In this document: positions 7,166 to 16,490 of the stretch, piece after piece
Layout of the letters: every line of letters starts with the position of its first letter
Position numbering within the stretch: position 1 is the stretch's first letter
Source: Candidatus Omnitrophota bacterium
GTDB lineage: Bacteria > Omnitrophota > Omnitrophia > Omnitrophales > Aquincolibacteriaceae
DNA: 44,003 bases
Direction of reading: 5' to 3'
Assembly (NCBI GenBank): GCA_041651495.1
Contig: JBAZJC010000001.1
Location: forward strand, 1 to 44,003
Made by a program: the position numbers and the translations under genes
Notes under the pieces: generated by a model
The model's database searches: none
What the model was told of the DNA's origin: nothing
What the model saw: only the letters and a program-made list of their open reading frames with translations

Positions 7166-8695
7166 ATGAGCGCTGATCCAATAGCTGTCCGTGTCACCAA
7201 TTTGACTAAGATTTACCGTCTATGGAAATCTCCGCGAGAACGGCTGATTTTTCCGCTCAAAGGCATATGGAATTCTTTCTTGCCCTCGTCGTGGAAAAGA
7301 GAGAACGAACAAGCAAAAGGTTACCGTGAGTTCCACGCACTGCATAATATTTCCTTCGAAATCCGAAAAGGAGAGGCCTGGGGTTTTATCGGTGTCAATG
7401 GCAGTGGAAAATCGACTTTGCTCAAAATCATATCCGGCAATCTGCGTCCCTCGGAGGGAACCGTTGAGGTTGATGGCAAGGTTGCAATTCTCAATTACGG
7501 GAGCGGAGTAAGTGGAGATTTTACTGGCCGTGATAATATCTACGTCAAAGGGGCACTTCTTGGTCTTACCCAAAAGCAGTTGAATGAAAGATATAAAGAA
7601 ATTGTGGAATTTGCTGACATCGGAGATTTTATCGATCAGCCGGTCAAGACATATTCTAGCGGTATGAGTGCGCGGCTTGGCTTTGCGATCATGATGCACG
7701 TCGACGCGGACATTATGATTTCGGACGAGGCTCTTGCTGTGGGAGATGCCTTTTTTGTGCAAAAGGCCATGCGCCACATCAGATCCTTCCTCAAACGCGG
7801 AACGTTTCTCTTTGTCTCTCATTCGGCTATGGATGTCATGAGCCTGTGCAGTCATGCAGTCTGGTTGGACCATGGTCGCATCGTCCAAATGGGCACTGCT
7901 AAACAAGTATGTCAATCCTATATGGATGCTGTTGTCCGAAAAAACTCAGAAAGACTGCAAAATGAAGGTATTGAAGGCTTGGCAAAAGAAAATACTGATT
8001 CTAAAAAAGACATTGCGGTTAAAATAAAAAAAGAAGATCTTGGAATCAAAGAGAAACTATTAGTTCGGACCAAGACAAAACATATTAGTGTCTCAGGGAA
8101 GGACCTGGCCGCTTTAAAAAAGCACTATTTGCCACATTCGGAACACAATAAATTATTGGCGTCTCGACTGCCTCGAGTTGAGATTTATGAGCCTGCTTCG
8201 AGCACGATGGATTCGATTATTGCAAGCGGTGCTGTGGGGGGAGGAAAAATTTTTAGCGTAACAATTACTGATGATAAAGGAGCGGCCTTGTCTTCGGTTC
8301 TCGGCGGCGAAATTGTTCGGCTTACGATCAGGGCTATAGCAGAAAAGGCTATCAAACGGCCCATTCTCGGTTTTCAGTTGAAAAACAACCTTGGACTTCC
8401 TTTGGTTGGCGAAAATACCCACGAGGTCATGGGGGAGCATGACTTCTCCCTGCAGCCGGGTGAGGTTATTTCGGCACAATTCCGTTTTATGATGCCTTTG
8501 ATAGCGGTCGGGGAATATATGATTTTAGCAGCATTCCATGACGGCGTTCAGATTAGTAGTGCAGCTATTGATGTTATACATGAGGCGCTATTGCTTCACA
8601 GCATTACATCGGGCGATCGACATGGAATGGTGGGTGTTCCGATGCTGGCAATTGATATTACTCGCGACAAAGTTTCGGCATTTAACAATTCGTAG
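7166..8695 (+). CDS. wzt: Polysaccharide ABC exporter ATPase (Wzt-like) with a K/E-rich linker and a C-terminal beta-rich domain
   Basis: Walker A is GVNGSGKST, the signature is YSSGMSARLGFA, and Walker B is IMISDEALAVGD. About 260 additional C-terminal residues are present; the last ~160 resemble Wzt C-terminal carbohydrate-binding domains. Confidence 0.88.
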   Translation: MSADPIAVRVTNLTKIYRLWKSPRERLIFPLKGIWNSFLPSSWKRENEQAKGYREFHALHNISFEIRKGEAWGFIGVNGSGKSTLLKIISGNLRPSEGTVEVDGKVAILNYGSGVSGDFTGRDNIYVKGALLGLTQKQLNERYKEIVEFADIGDFIDQPVKTYSSGMSARLGFAIMMHVDADIMISDEALAVGDAFFVQKAMRHIRSFLKRGTFLFVSHSAMDVMSLCSHAVWLDHGRIVQMGTAKQVCQSYMDAVVRKNSERLQNEGIEGLAKENTDSKKDIAVKIKKEDLGIKEKLLVRTKTKHISVSGKDLAALKKHYLPHSEHNKLLASRLPRVEIYEPASSTMDSIIASGAVGGGKIFSVTITDDKGAALSSVLGGEIVRLTIRAIAEKAIKRPILGFQLKNNLGLPLVGENTHEVMGEHDFSLQPGEVISAQFRFMMPLIAVGEYMILAAFHDGVQISSAAIDVIHEALLLHSITSGDRHGMVGVPMLAIDITRDKVSAFNNS

Positions 8696-8705
8696 GCCAT
8701 GATTT

Positions 8706-9968
8706 TTGAATTCTTCCATTACGAAAACAAAGGGTTTTATTGTGTTGATACAAATCAAACGGCAGGTTAATACCTCTCCATTATTCGAAATATCGCAAGG
8801 TTGGGGTCCTGGATACGCCCAAGCAATCGGGCATGGTCCGGGAGTCGTTGTGGGACCAGGGAATGATAATTCCAATGTTTTCGCGCAGCAATTTTCCGCC
8901 CAATCGAACCAGCAATTCAAAGTGACATCGCGAGCTTCGAGTGTGGGCACGCCCAAGGCAAGCGGGCGTTTTCAGATTAACTGGACAAACTCAGGAAAAT
9001 TTATTTCCAGTTCTATCCAAATATTCGAAGTAACAACGCAAGAAAAAATTTTTGAATTCTACGTGACGGCTCCGGCCAGAACAACAAATGGGGTGTTATA
9101 CGTAGTCGCCGGCGGTCCGGAAGATGTGGTGCGTTATACTGAGATGAGGTTACAGGAAATATATCCAATAAATGGGTTTGAAACCTTTTCAAAAGATAAT
9201 GAGCTCCGGAAGAAACCGCCGGCGATTGAAGCAACGCCCGCCAAAAACCCCAAATGGGGGACGCCTTCATACGACTCAGACTATTTGAGAGTTTGGTTCA
9301 GGAATACGGATTTTCTTCAGGATAAGGAATTTATGAAGGCATACCGGGCAGGTATCAACTCCGGACATAGAATCGGCGGCGCAACATTATCGTCACAGGA
9401 CATTCACATCGAATGGCGAATACTTGTCTGCTGTTGGGCGGCCTGGCACGCAAAACATCTTAGCGGAGACTTTGTTGAATGTGGAACCAATACTGGCATC
9501 ATGTCCTTGGCCATTTGCAATTACATAAAGTTCAACGATACACGAAAAAATTTTTATCTCTTCGATACTTTTTGCGGAATTCCTGACGAGCAAGTTCTTC
9601 CTGAAGAGCGCGCAATGGGCCTCCACCTCCAAAACTCAGATTATGAAGAATGTTTCGAGACTGTTAAGCGAAATTTCAACCCCTATCCAAGTGTACACCT
9701 TGTACGGGGAAAAGTTCCCGACGTACTCCCGTCGCAACCGATCGATAAGGTATGTTATTTAATGTTGGATATGAATATTTCAGTTCCTGAAAAAGCCGCA
9801 CTCGAATATTTCTGGGAAAAACTCGTTCCAGGGGCTATTGTTCTTTTTGACGACTACGGGTGGAGTGGTTATATTGCTCAAAAGTCAGCCCATGATGCGT
9901 TTGCTGCATCAAGGGGAACTAAGATTTTAAATCTTCCGACAGGACAGGGGATGCTGATAAAACCTTAG
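8706..9968 (+). CDS. Two-domain protein: copy 3 of the unrecognised beta-rich module fused to a divergent class I (TylF-like) SAM methyltransferase
   Basis: The N-terminal ~130 aa aligns with ORFs 71 and 697. The C-terminal half has GDFVECGTNTG and LMLDMN...IVLFDDYGW. The start is uncertain: TTG 8706 or GTG 8742, the latter preceded by AAGGG. Confidence 0.8.
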   Translation: MNSSITKTKGFIVLIQIKRQVNTSPLFEISQGWGPGYAQAIGHGPGVVVGPGNDNSNVFAQQFSAQSNQQFKVTSRASSVGTPKASGRFQINWTNSGKFISSSIQIFEVTTQEKIFEFYVTAPARTTNGVLYVVAGGPEDVVRYTEMRLQEIYPINGFETFSKDNELRKKPPAIEATPAKNPKWGTPSYDSDYLRVWFRNTDFLQDKEFMKAYRAGINSGHRIGGATLSSQDIHIEWRILVCCWAAWHAKHLSGDFVECGTNTGIMSLAICNYIKFNDTRKNFYLFDTFCGIPDEQVLPEERAMGLHLQNSDYEECFETVKRNFNPYPSVHLVRGKVPDVLPSQPIDKVCYLMLDMNISVPEKAALEYFWEKLVPGAIVLFDDYGWSGYIAQKSAHDAFAASRGTKILNLPTGQGMLIKP

Positions 9969-10040
9969 ACAATCGCTTATCGCAAGTTCGCGACTGAATT
10001 AGTTGCTAAGATTTAGAAGCTATCATTAGCTGAGGACATT

Positions 10041-11252
10041 TTGCACGATCTGACATTGATCATACCGACTTACAATCGGCCGGTACACTTAAAGCGACTG
10101 TTGGCCTACTACCATCAGGCCAACATGCAGAATCGCTTTCTCGTGCTTGATTCGAGCCATGAAGCGATTCGGAATGGAAACAAGGCACTGGTCGCTTCCT
10201 GCGGAGAGAGCTATCGGCATATTGTTTTTCCATCCTCGATGCCGGTGGCTACCAAACTTTTTGAGGGGTTGAGTTTGGTTCAAACGCACTATGGTGCCAT
10301 TTGTGCCGACGATGATGTGATTTTTCACGATGCATTGCGAAAGGCGCTTGCTTTTTTATCAACACACCCGGATTATGTTTGCGCCGATGGAATCTATCTC
10401 AATTTTCGACCTTCAAACAATGAGATCCACTTTCAAATAGAATATGGCAGTCATGGTATTGATGCGAATCACCCCGGTGCTCGTGTTTTCCGTTTATTCC
10501 AGCGTTATGAATCGATGTTTTATGCAGTTTACCGGGCATCCAACCTTCGGGATATTTTTTCTTTCGTCAAAAATATCCCGACCCTTCATTATCAGGAACT
10601 TTTTCAAACAACCGCCGCTATGCTCAAGGGGAAAAGCCATCGCCTCTCGGAATTTTATGCAGCACGCCAAGCCTGTGGGCCAGCGGATCCTATCCGCGAT
10701 AAGTGGCAAACCTTTTACTGGTTCGCGGACAATAGCGCTGAATTTCTTTCGCATTATAAGGCCTATCGTGATGACCTTTGGGGGTTTTATCAAAAATTTT
10801 GTACTGGACAGGAAATGGATCAAAAAGTTTTTTTCTTGGCTATGGATACGGCACATGCTGTGTTTTTTTCCACGGGCTGTCCGCCCAAGTATTTCTACTC
10901 GCGGCTGCAGCAGCATTGGCCCGAGGATGTTCTAGCCATTATTAATGATTCGGATAATGCGCTGGAAGCCTTGAAAAGCAATTTTATGCGAAAAACGGAT
11001 GAAGTTTTGAATGTCGTTGCATGGCAGCTCAGAAAACGAGGATTTTTAAATAGTTACAATCCGCCAAGAACAGTCGAACGGCTTCGGGGCGAAGTGGCTG
11101 CGAAAGGAATCGATGGCAAGCGATGGGGTTGCAGACTTCCTCAGAATCTTTTGTGGCTAGCAGCAAAGCCAAGGTTTCGCGCGGCATTTTCTGAACTTTG
11201 CAACTATCTTGACGATGCCAAAGAAAAACCGAACCCACATGACCAGGCTTAA
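10041..11252 (+). CDS. GT2-like glycosyltransferase-domain protein (resembles the TIGR04440-type domain)
   Basis: The N-terminus [21 protein letters not shown]...LVLDSS...CADDD is typical of a GT-A fold. The TTG start is preceded by GAGGA. The C-terminal ~200 aa are unassigned. Confidence 0.6.
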   Translation: MHDLTLIIPTYNRPVHLKRLLAYYHQANMQNRFLVLDSSHEAIRNGNKALVASCGESYRHIVFPSSMPVATKLFEGLSLVQTHYGAICADDDVIFHDALRKALAFLSTHPDYVCADGIYLNFRPSNNEIHFQIEYGSHGIDANHPGARVFRLFQRYESMFYAVYRASNLRDIFSFVKNIPTLHYQELFQTTAAMLKGKSHRLSEFYAARQACGPADPIRDKWQTFYWFADNSAEFLSHYKAYRDDLWGFYQKFCTGQEMDQKVFFLAMDTAHAVFFSTGCPPKYFYSRLQQHWPEDVLAIINDSDNALEALKSNFMRKTDEVLNVVAWQLRKRGFLNSYNPPRTVERLRGEVAAKGIDGKRWGCRLPQNLLWLAAKPRFRAAFSELCNYLDDAKEKPNPHDQA

Positions 11253-11269
11253 CCGAGGAGGGATCTGAA

Positions 11270-12043
11270 ATGAAGGCAGTCATCCTTGCAGGAGGGTTGG
11301 GCACCCGCATCAGCGAAGAAGCCACTTTGAAACCCAAGCCGATGATTGAGATCGGCGGTAAACCGATTTTATGGCACATCTTGAAACTTTATTCTGTGCA
11401 CGGTATCAATGATTTTGTGATCTGCTGCGGCTACAAGGGTTATGTGATAAAAGAATATTTTGCCAACTACTTTCTCCACATGTCGGATGTTACTTTAGAT
11501 ATGTCCAACAATAAAATGGAAGTACATCGGCAGAAAGCTGAACCGTGGAAGATAACGCTTGTGGATACCGGAGAAAATACCATGACCGGAGGCCGTCTCA
11601 GGCGTGTGGCGGATTATGTAAAAAATGAAGAGATCTTTTGTTTTACCTACGGCGATGGGGTCGCCGATTTGGATATTTCTGCTGAAATTGCTTTTCATAA
11701 AAAACATGGCCCGTGGGCAACGATTGCGGCAGTTAGACCACCGGGGCGTTATGGAGCCCTTCTTTTGGAAGGAAAAAGAGTGGCAGGATTTATGGAAAAA
11801 CCCCGCGGTGATGGCGGGCTTATCAACGGAGGATTTTTTGTCCTGTCGCCGAAGTGCCTGGATCTGATCGCAAACGATCTGTCCATCTGGGAAGATGAGC
11901 CGCTGACCCAGCTCGCGAAATCCGGACAACTGATGGCATATGAGCACAAGGGGTTTTGGCAGCCTATGGATACCTTGCGGGAAAAGAACTATCTCGAGCA
12001 ATTGTGGGCCTCCGGAAAAGCACCCTGGAAAGTGTGGCCGTGA
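11270..12043 (+). CDS. rfbF: Glucose-1-phosphate cytidylyltransferase
   Basis: [17 protein letters not shown]...[50 protein letters not shown] is near-diagnostic for RfbF/DdhA. Confidence 0.92.
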   Translation: MKAVILAGGLGTRISEEATLKPKPMIEIGGKPILWHILKLYSVHGINDFVICCGYKGYVIKEYFANYFLHMSDVTLDMSNNKMEVHRQKAEPWKITLVDTGENTMTGGRLRRVADYVKNEEIFCFTYGDGVADLDISAEIAFHKKHGPWATIAAVRPPGRYGALLLEGKRVAGFMEKPRGDGGLINGGFFVLSPKCLDLIANDLSIWEDEPLTQLAKSGQLMAYEHKGFWQPMDTLREKNYLEQLWASGKAPWKVWP

Positions 12044-13101
12044 ATCGAGGTTTTTGGAAGGGCAAGCGCGTCTTCCTGACAGGCCACACCGGATTTAAGG
12101 GTGGCTGGCTGGCACTCTGGCTGGCGAATATGGGAGCCGAAGTTCATGGCTTTGCGCTATCCCCGTCGACAACCCCCAATTTTTTTGCCATTTGCAAAAT
12201 TCAATCACATCTTAGAAGCAATACGATTGCGGATATTCGCGATGCCGAGACATTGGCCAAAGCCATGCGATTAGCCAAACCCGATATCGTGTTTCACTTG
12301 GCAGCTCAACCTCTGGTGCGATATTCCTACACCGCTCCGGTGGAGACTTATGCCGTCAATGTGTTGGGCACCATCCATTTACTTGAAGCCGTTCGACATA
12401 CACCGAGCGTTCGCGCCGTTGTAAACGTTACGACTGACAAATGTTATGAAAATCACGGGCAAGATAAGCCTTACTGCGAGAGCGAAGCCCTGGGGGGGCA
12501 CGATCCTTACTCCAGTAGTAAAGGATGCTCGGAATTGATCACTGCCGCATATCGCAGATCATTTCTGGAACCTGCCGGCGTTCAGTTAGCCAGCGCCCGT
12601 GCGGGAAATGTGATCGGGGGCGGAGACTGGGCAACAGACCGGCTTATCCCCGATTTCTTGCGAGCATTTGATTCGGGTCAGATTTTGATCGTTCGTTCGC
12701 CGAATGCAACCCGGCCATGGCAACATGTGCTCGAGCCACTTTCCGGATACTTGATGCTTGCAGAAAAACTTTGCACAAAGGACAGCGATTTTGACGAAGC
12801 TTGGAACTTTGGTCCTGAAGAATCCGACACCCGTCCCGTGCGATGGATCATTGAATATCTTGGCGGCCAGGTTTTTGGATTTAGGTGGCAGGACGACAAA
12901 ACGCCGCAGCTTCATGAAGCTCATTGCTTAAAGCTGGATAGCTCCAAAGCCAAGGCAAGGCTTGGCTGGCACCCACGCTGGGATCTGAAAACAGCTCTCG
13001 ACAAGACTTTGGCATGGCACAAGGCCTGGAAAGGGACGGCTGATATGGCGAAGGTGAGTCTGGCACAAGTCTGTGAATACGAAACGGCGGCCAAGGCATG
13101 A
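12040..13101 (+). CDS. rfbG: CDP-glucose 4,6-dehydratase
   Basis: [29 protein letters not shown] and the overall length match RfbG/DdhB. I place the start at GTG 12040, overlapping the rfbF stop (GTGA), rather than at the ORF-track start 11956, which lies inside rfbF. Confidence 0.9.
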   Translation: MNRGFWKGKRVFLTGHTGFKGGWLALWLANMGAEVHGFALSPSTTPNFFAICKIQSHLRSNTIADIRDAETLAKAMRLAKPDIVFHLAAQPLVRYSYTAPVETYAVNVLGTIHLLEAVRHTPSVRAVVNVTTDKCYENHGQDKPYCESEALGGHDPYSSSKGCSELITAAYRRSFLEPAGVQLASARAGNVIGGGDWATDRLIPDFLRAFDSGQILIVRSPNATRPWQHVLEPLSGYLMLAEKLCTKDSDFDEAWNFGPEESDTRPVRWIIEYLGGQVFGFRWQDDKTPQLHEAHCLKLDSSKAKARLGWHPRWDLKTALDKTLAWHKAWKGTADMAKVSLAQVCEYETAAKA

Positions 13102-13661
13102 CCAGCCGATTTGATATTTTGGAGACTCCCATCCCGGCATTAAAGCTGATACAGCGTAAACCTCACAAGGATGTCCGTGGATATCTTGAGCGTCTGTTTT
13201 GTTTGGAAGAACTTCAACCGCTCGTTTTGAATAAAAATATCACGCAAATCAATCATACCCTGACGGCCAGAAAAGGGACGGTGCGGGGGTTGCATTTTCA
13301 AAATCCGCCGCATGCCGAGACAAAATTTATCAGCTGTTTGCGAGGCAAAGTATTTGACGTCGCGGTGGATGTACGGCACAGCTCTCCCACTTTCCTGAAA
13401 TGGCATGCGGAGATTCTTAGCGCCAAAAATCATAAAACCCTGGCAATCCCGGAAGGTTTTGCTCACGGGTTTCAGGCGTTGACTGCAAACTGTGAAATGC
13501 TTTATTTTCATACGGCGAATTATCATCCGGAAAGTGAAAAAGGTCTTCATGCGCAGGACCCGCGTCTTGCAATCAAATGGCCCTTAACGATCACGGAGTT
13601 ATCGGAGCGAGACAGCGCCTATCCGATGATCGGACCGGATTTTACAGGGGTGCCTGCATGA
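13098..13661 (+). CDS. NDP-4-keto-6-deoxyhexose 3,5-epimerase (RmlC/RfbC cupin family)
   Basis: RGLHFQ..P..ETKFISCLRGKVFDVAVDVRHSSPTF...IPEGFAHGFQAL. ATGA overlap with the rfbG stop. Confidence 0.88.
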   Translation: MTSRFDILETPIPALKLIQRKPHKDVRGYLERLFCLEELQPLVLNKNITQINHTLTARKGTVRGLHFQNPPHAETKFISCLRGKVFDVAVDVRHSSPTFLKWHAEILSAKNHKTLAIPEGFAHGFQALTANCEMLYFHTANYHPESEKGLHAQDPRLAIKWPLTITELSERDSAYPMIGPDFTGVPA

Positions 13662-14884
13662 AATGCCGTCATTGCGCTTCGATATTGGAGCTGCCTTTTC
13701 TGGATTTGGGGAGTATGCCCTGCTCCAATGCGTATCTTAACGAACAATCACTGGCGACTACGGAAAAGATGTTCCCCTTGCGTGTGTGGGTGTGCAAACG
13801 CTGTTGGCTTGCACAAACAGAGGATTTTGTCCGCACCTCAGAACTTTTTGATTCTCAATATGCCTATTTTAGCGGATTTTCCAGTAGTTGGCTGGCACAC
13901 TGCGAGCGTTATGTGGCCGATATGGTGGCACGCTTTGGCTTAACCCGTAATAGTCACGTGGTGGAAATTGCGGCCAACGACGGCTATCTCCTGCAATATG
14001 TAAAGATTCGTGATATTTCTTGTACAGGCGTAGAACCGACAGCGAGCACTGCTGCTGCGGCTCGGGCCAAAGGCATTTCGATTGTTGAGGATTTTTTTGG
14101 TGTCCGTCTGGCCAAGCTGATGGTGGCACAAGGCAAACAAGCCGACCTGGCGATTGCCAACAATGTTCTTGCCCACGTGCCGGATATTAACGACTTTGTT
14201 GCAGGTTTTGCCTTGCTGTTGAAACCGCAGGGCGTCGGTACGTTCGAGTTTCCCCATTTGTTGAATTTGATCACCCAAAACCAGTTTGATACGGTATATC
14301 ATGAGCATTTTTCATATCTTTCAATGACTGCCGTGAATACTATTTTTAGCGCCAATGGTCTTACCGTATTTGACGTCGAGACCCTGCCCACTCATGGCGG
14401 GAGCCTGCGTGTGTATGCGCAGAGAAGCGACACGGGAAATAAGAAAAGTGAGGAACGCGTAGGCAGATTGATAGCCGTGGAATTGGATGCTGGCATGACA
14501 AAAAATAGTTTTTATGCGGATTTTCAGGCAAAGGCGGATGGTGTTAAAAATAATTTTTTCTCATTTCTGACCCAAGCAAAAAAATCCGGGAAGAAATGCG
14601 CCGCATATGGCGCGGCAGCCAAAGGGAACACGCTTCTTAATTTTGCGGGTATCCACAAAGACCTTTTACCCTACATCGTGGACAAAAATCCGGCCAAGCA
14701 GAATAAATGGATGCCTGGAAGCCGCATTCCCATCGTTGCCGAAACGGTACTAAAAGAAAATAGACCGGATTATGTGATCATTCTTCCCTGGAATTTGCGC
14801 GATGAGGTGATCGGGCAGTTGTCTTATGTGCGCAAATGGGGCGGAAAGTTTGTTACGGCCGTGCCGAACCTGGTGGTAACATGA
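13658..14884 (+). CDS. NDP-hexose C-methyltransferase (Zn-ribbon N-domain, class I MTase, C-methyltransferase C-domain; TylC3-like)
   Basis: MKCRHCAS...CKRCWLAQTE is a Cys4 ribbon, VVEIAANDGYLL is motif I, and the C-terminal YGAAAKGNTLLNF...VDKNP.KQ is typical. The ATG at 13658 overlaps the upstream stop (ATGA). Confidence 0.85.
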   Translation: MKCRHCASILELPFLDLGSMPCSNAYLNEQSLATTEKMFPLRVWVCKRCWLAQTEDFVRTSELFDSQYAYFSGFSSSWLAHCERYVADMVARFGLTRNSHVVEIAANDGYLLQYVKIRDISCTGVEPTASTAAAARAKGISIVEDFFGVRLAKLMVAQGKQADLAIANNVLAHVPDINDFVAGFALLLKPQGVGTFEFPHLLNLITQNQFDTVYHEHFSYLSMTAVNTIFSANGLTVFDVETLPTHGGSLRVYAQRSDTGNKKSEERVGRLIAVELDAGMTKNSFYADFQAKADGVKNNFFSFLTQAKKSGKKCAAYGAAAKGNTLLNFAGIHKDLLPYIVDKNPAKQNKWMPGSRIPIVAETVLKENRPDYVIILPWNLRDEVIGQLSYVRKWGGKFVTAVPNLVVT

Positions 14885-15726
14885 AGATCGCAGTAACCGG
14901 TGCCAATGGTTTTATCGGCCGCCATGTCCTTGCGGAATTGGCGCAAAAGAAAGTCCCGTGTGTAGCCGTTGATCTTTTCCTTCCGGAGAAAAAAAAAGCG
15001 GCTGGCATTGACTGGATACAGATTGATTTATGTGAGTCTCCGGTGGATGTTTTCAACAGAATAGGCCGGCCTGATACACTTATCCACCTAGCGTGGGGAG
15101 GATTGCCCAATTACCGTTCGACCCATCATTTGGAAAAAGAGCTTCCGGGACAATATAAATTCTTAAGCGGGCTTGTTCATGCAGGGCTTCGGCGTCTGGT
15201 GGTTACGGGAACTTGTTTCGAATACGGGATGAAGTCCGGCATGTTGACGGAGGATTTAATGCCATGTCCCGAGAATCCTTATGCCCGCGCCAAAAATTCT
15301 TTGCGGCAGCAGCTGGAATCTTTGAAATTGGTCAAACCTTTTCATCTGGTGTGGGCACGGCTTTTTTATATGTACGGAGAAGGGCAGCCGAAAACATCGC
15401 TTTTCAGCCAGCTCAAAGAGGCTGTCTTACGGGGGGATGCCGAGTTTAATATGTCAGGCGGCGAGCAGTTGCGGGATTATCTTCCAGTCACTGAAGTGGC
15501 ACGCGAAATTGTCCGGCTGGCAATGCTCGGCCGTGATGTCGGAACAGTTAATATCTGCTCGGGAATGCCCACCTCCGTGCGCGAGCTGGTGGGGCGGTGG
15601 CTCAACAAAAAAGGGTGGAAAATCAAACTGAATCTTGGCTATTACCCTTATCCTGACTATGAGCCCATGGCTTTTTGGGGCAGCAGAACGCGATTAGATT
15701 CGATCATTGCGGAAGCAAACCGATGA
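14881..15726 (+). CDS. NAD(P)-dependent epimerase/dehydratase-family SDR (candidate 4-ketoreductase)
   Basis: MKIAVTGANGFIGRHV is a Rossmann motif and YARAK is the catalytic YxxxK. ATGA overlap with the upstream stop. Confidence 0.85.
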   Translation: MKIAVTGANGFIGRHVLAELAQKKVPCVAVDLFLPEKKKAAGIDWIQIDLCESPVDVFNRIGRPDTLIHLAWGGLPNYRSTHHLEKELPGQYKFLSGLVHAGLRRLVVTGTCFEYGMKSGMLTEDLMPCPENPYARAKNSLRQQLESLKLVKPFHLVWARLFYMYGEGQPKTSLFSQLKEAVLRGDAEFNMSGGEQLRDYLPVTEVAREIVRLAMLGRDVGTVNICSGMPTSVRELVGRWLNKKGWKIKLNLGYYPYPDYEPMAFWGSRTRLDSIIAEANR

Positions 15727-16490
15727 AAATAGAAATTGATACTGCCACAGCGACATTGAAATTCTTCGACGGGGCAAAGATCCGGCAATATTCTTTGTAT
15801 TCACGTGAAGCATTCGAAGTAATTTCGCGTCTCTGGCTCAAGGTGGGCTGGAACGAAAAATATCCCTATACGTTTACTTGGCTGGGCCGTCCGATCATCC
15901 AATTACCCGAGGACATTCTCCGAATGCAGGAGGTCATTTATCGCGTCAAACCGGATGTAATCATCGAAACCGGAGTGGCGCATGGAGGTTCGCTGATTTT
16001 TTACGCGAGTTTGTGCAAGGCTATGGAAAAAGGCCGCGTGGTGGGCATCGATATAGAAATCCGTAAGCACAATCGTCATGCCATTGAAGCGCATGAGTTA
16101 AGTTCGTTTATCGCCCTGATCGAGGGCAGTTCGGTGGATCCTGACATCGTCGCCCAGGCTGGCCGGGGCGTTAGGCCCGGCGAATCGGTGTTGGTTATTT
16201 TGGACTCAAATCATTCGAAGGCTCACGTGGCCGCGGAGCTTGAGGCTTATGCACCGTTGGTGACACACGGCTCTTATATCGTCGCGACGGATGGCAGTAT
16301 GGAATTTCTTGACGATGTTCCTCGGGGCACGTCCAGTTGGAAAACGGACAACCCGTCTGCCGCAGCGCGGGAATTTGCCGCCAGGCATCCTGAGTTTGTC
16401 ATCGAACAGCCGGCATGGGCGTTCAATGAGAGCGATTTGGGTGAAAACATTACGCATTGGCCGGATGCCTGGCTGAAACGGGTTTCCTGA
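15723..16490 (+). CDS. CmcI / cephalosporin-hydroxylase-family methyltransferase
   Basis: WLGRPIIQLPEDILRMQEVIYRVKPDVIIETGVAHGGSLIFYAS...VVGIDIEIR matches the CmcI family. ATGA overlap with the upstream stop. Confidence 0.85.
   Translation: MKIEIDTATATLKFFDGAKIRQYSLYSREAFEVISRLWLKVGWNEKYPYTFTWLGRPIIQLPEDILRMQEVIYRVKPDVIIETGVAHGGSLIFYASLCKAMEKGRVVGIDIEIRKHNRHAIEAHELSSFIALIEGSSVDPDIVAQAGRGVRPGESVLVILDSNHSKAHVAAELEAYAPLVTHGSYIVATDGSMEFLDDVPRGTSSWKTDNPSAAAREFAARHPEFVIEQPAWAFNESDLGENITHWPDAWLKRVS

Noticed and set aside
10444-10935. Alternative-frame ORFs inside the 10041..11252 gene (163 aa on the plus strand, 140 aa on the minus strand), and similar nested ORFs such as 189..401 and 5003..5410.
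   Set aside because: They are nested in longer ORFs that carry recognisable motifs or paralogy. The nested frames have biased, implausible compositions.
11956-12039. ORF-track N-terminal extensions that overlap the preceding gene. They begin at 11956, 13577, 14836, 15675, 16457, 21170, 23299 and 33601.
   Set aside because: In each case an internal ATG, GTG or TTG sits exactly at the upstream stop codon and gives an N-terminus matching the family consensus (for example MKIAVTGANGFIG, MKCRHCAS, MKALLLAAG). The extensions are just open frame read through the upstream gene.
14989-14997. A/T homopolymer tracts of 8-9 nt inside coding regions, considered as possible phase-variation switches. They are A9 at 14989-14997, T9 at 5710-5718, A9 at 39257-39265, and 8-mers at 30086-30093, 30090-30097, 32971-32978, 34115-34122 and 39872-39879.
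   Set aside because: They encode Lys or Phe runs and occur equally in housekeeping genes (def, fmt). The lengths are modest and they are not enriched at 5' ends of surface genes. I therefore see no specific evidence for slipped-strand regulation.
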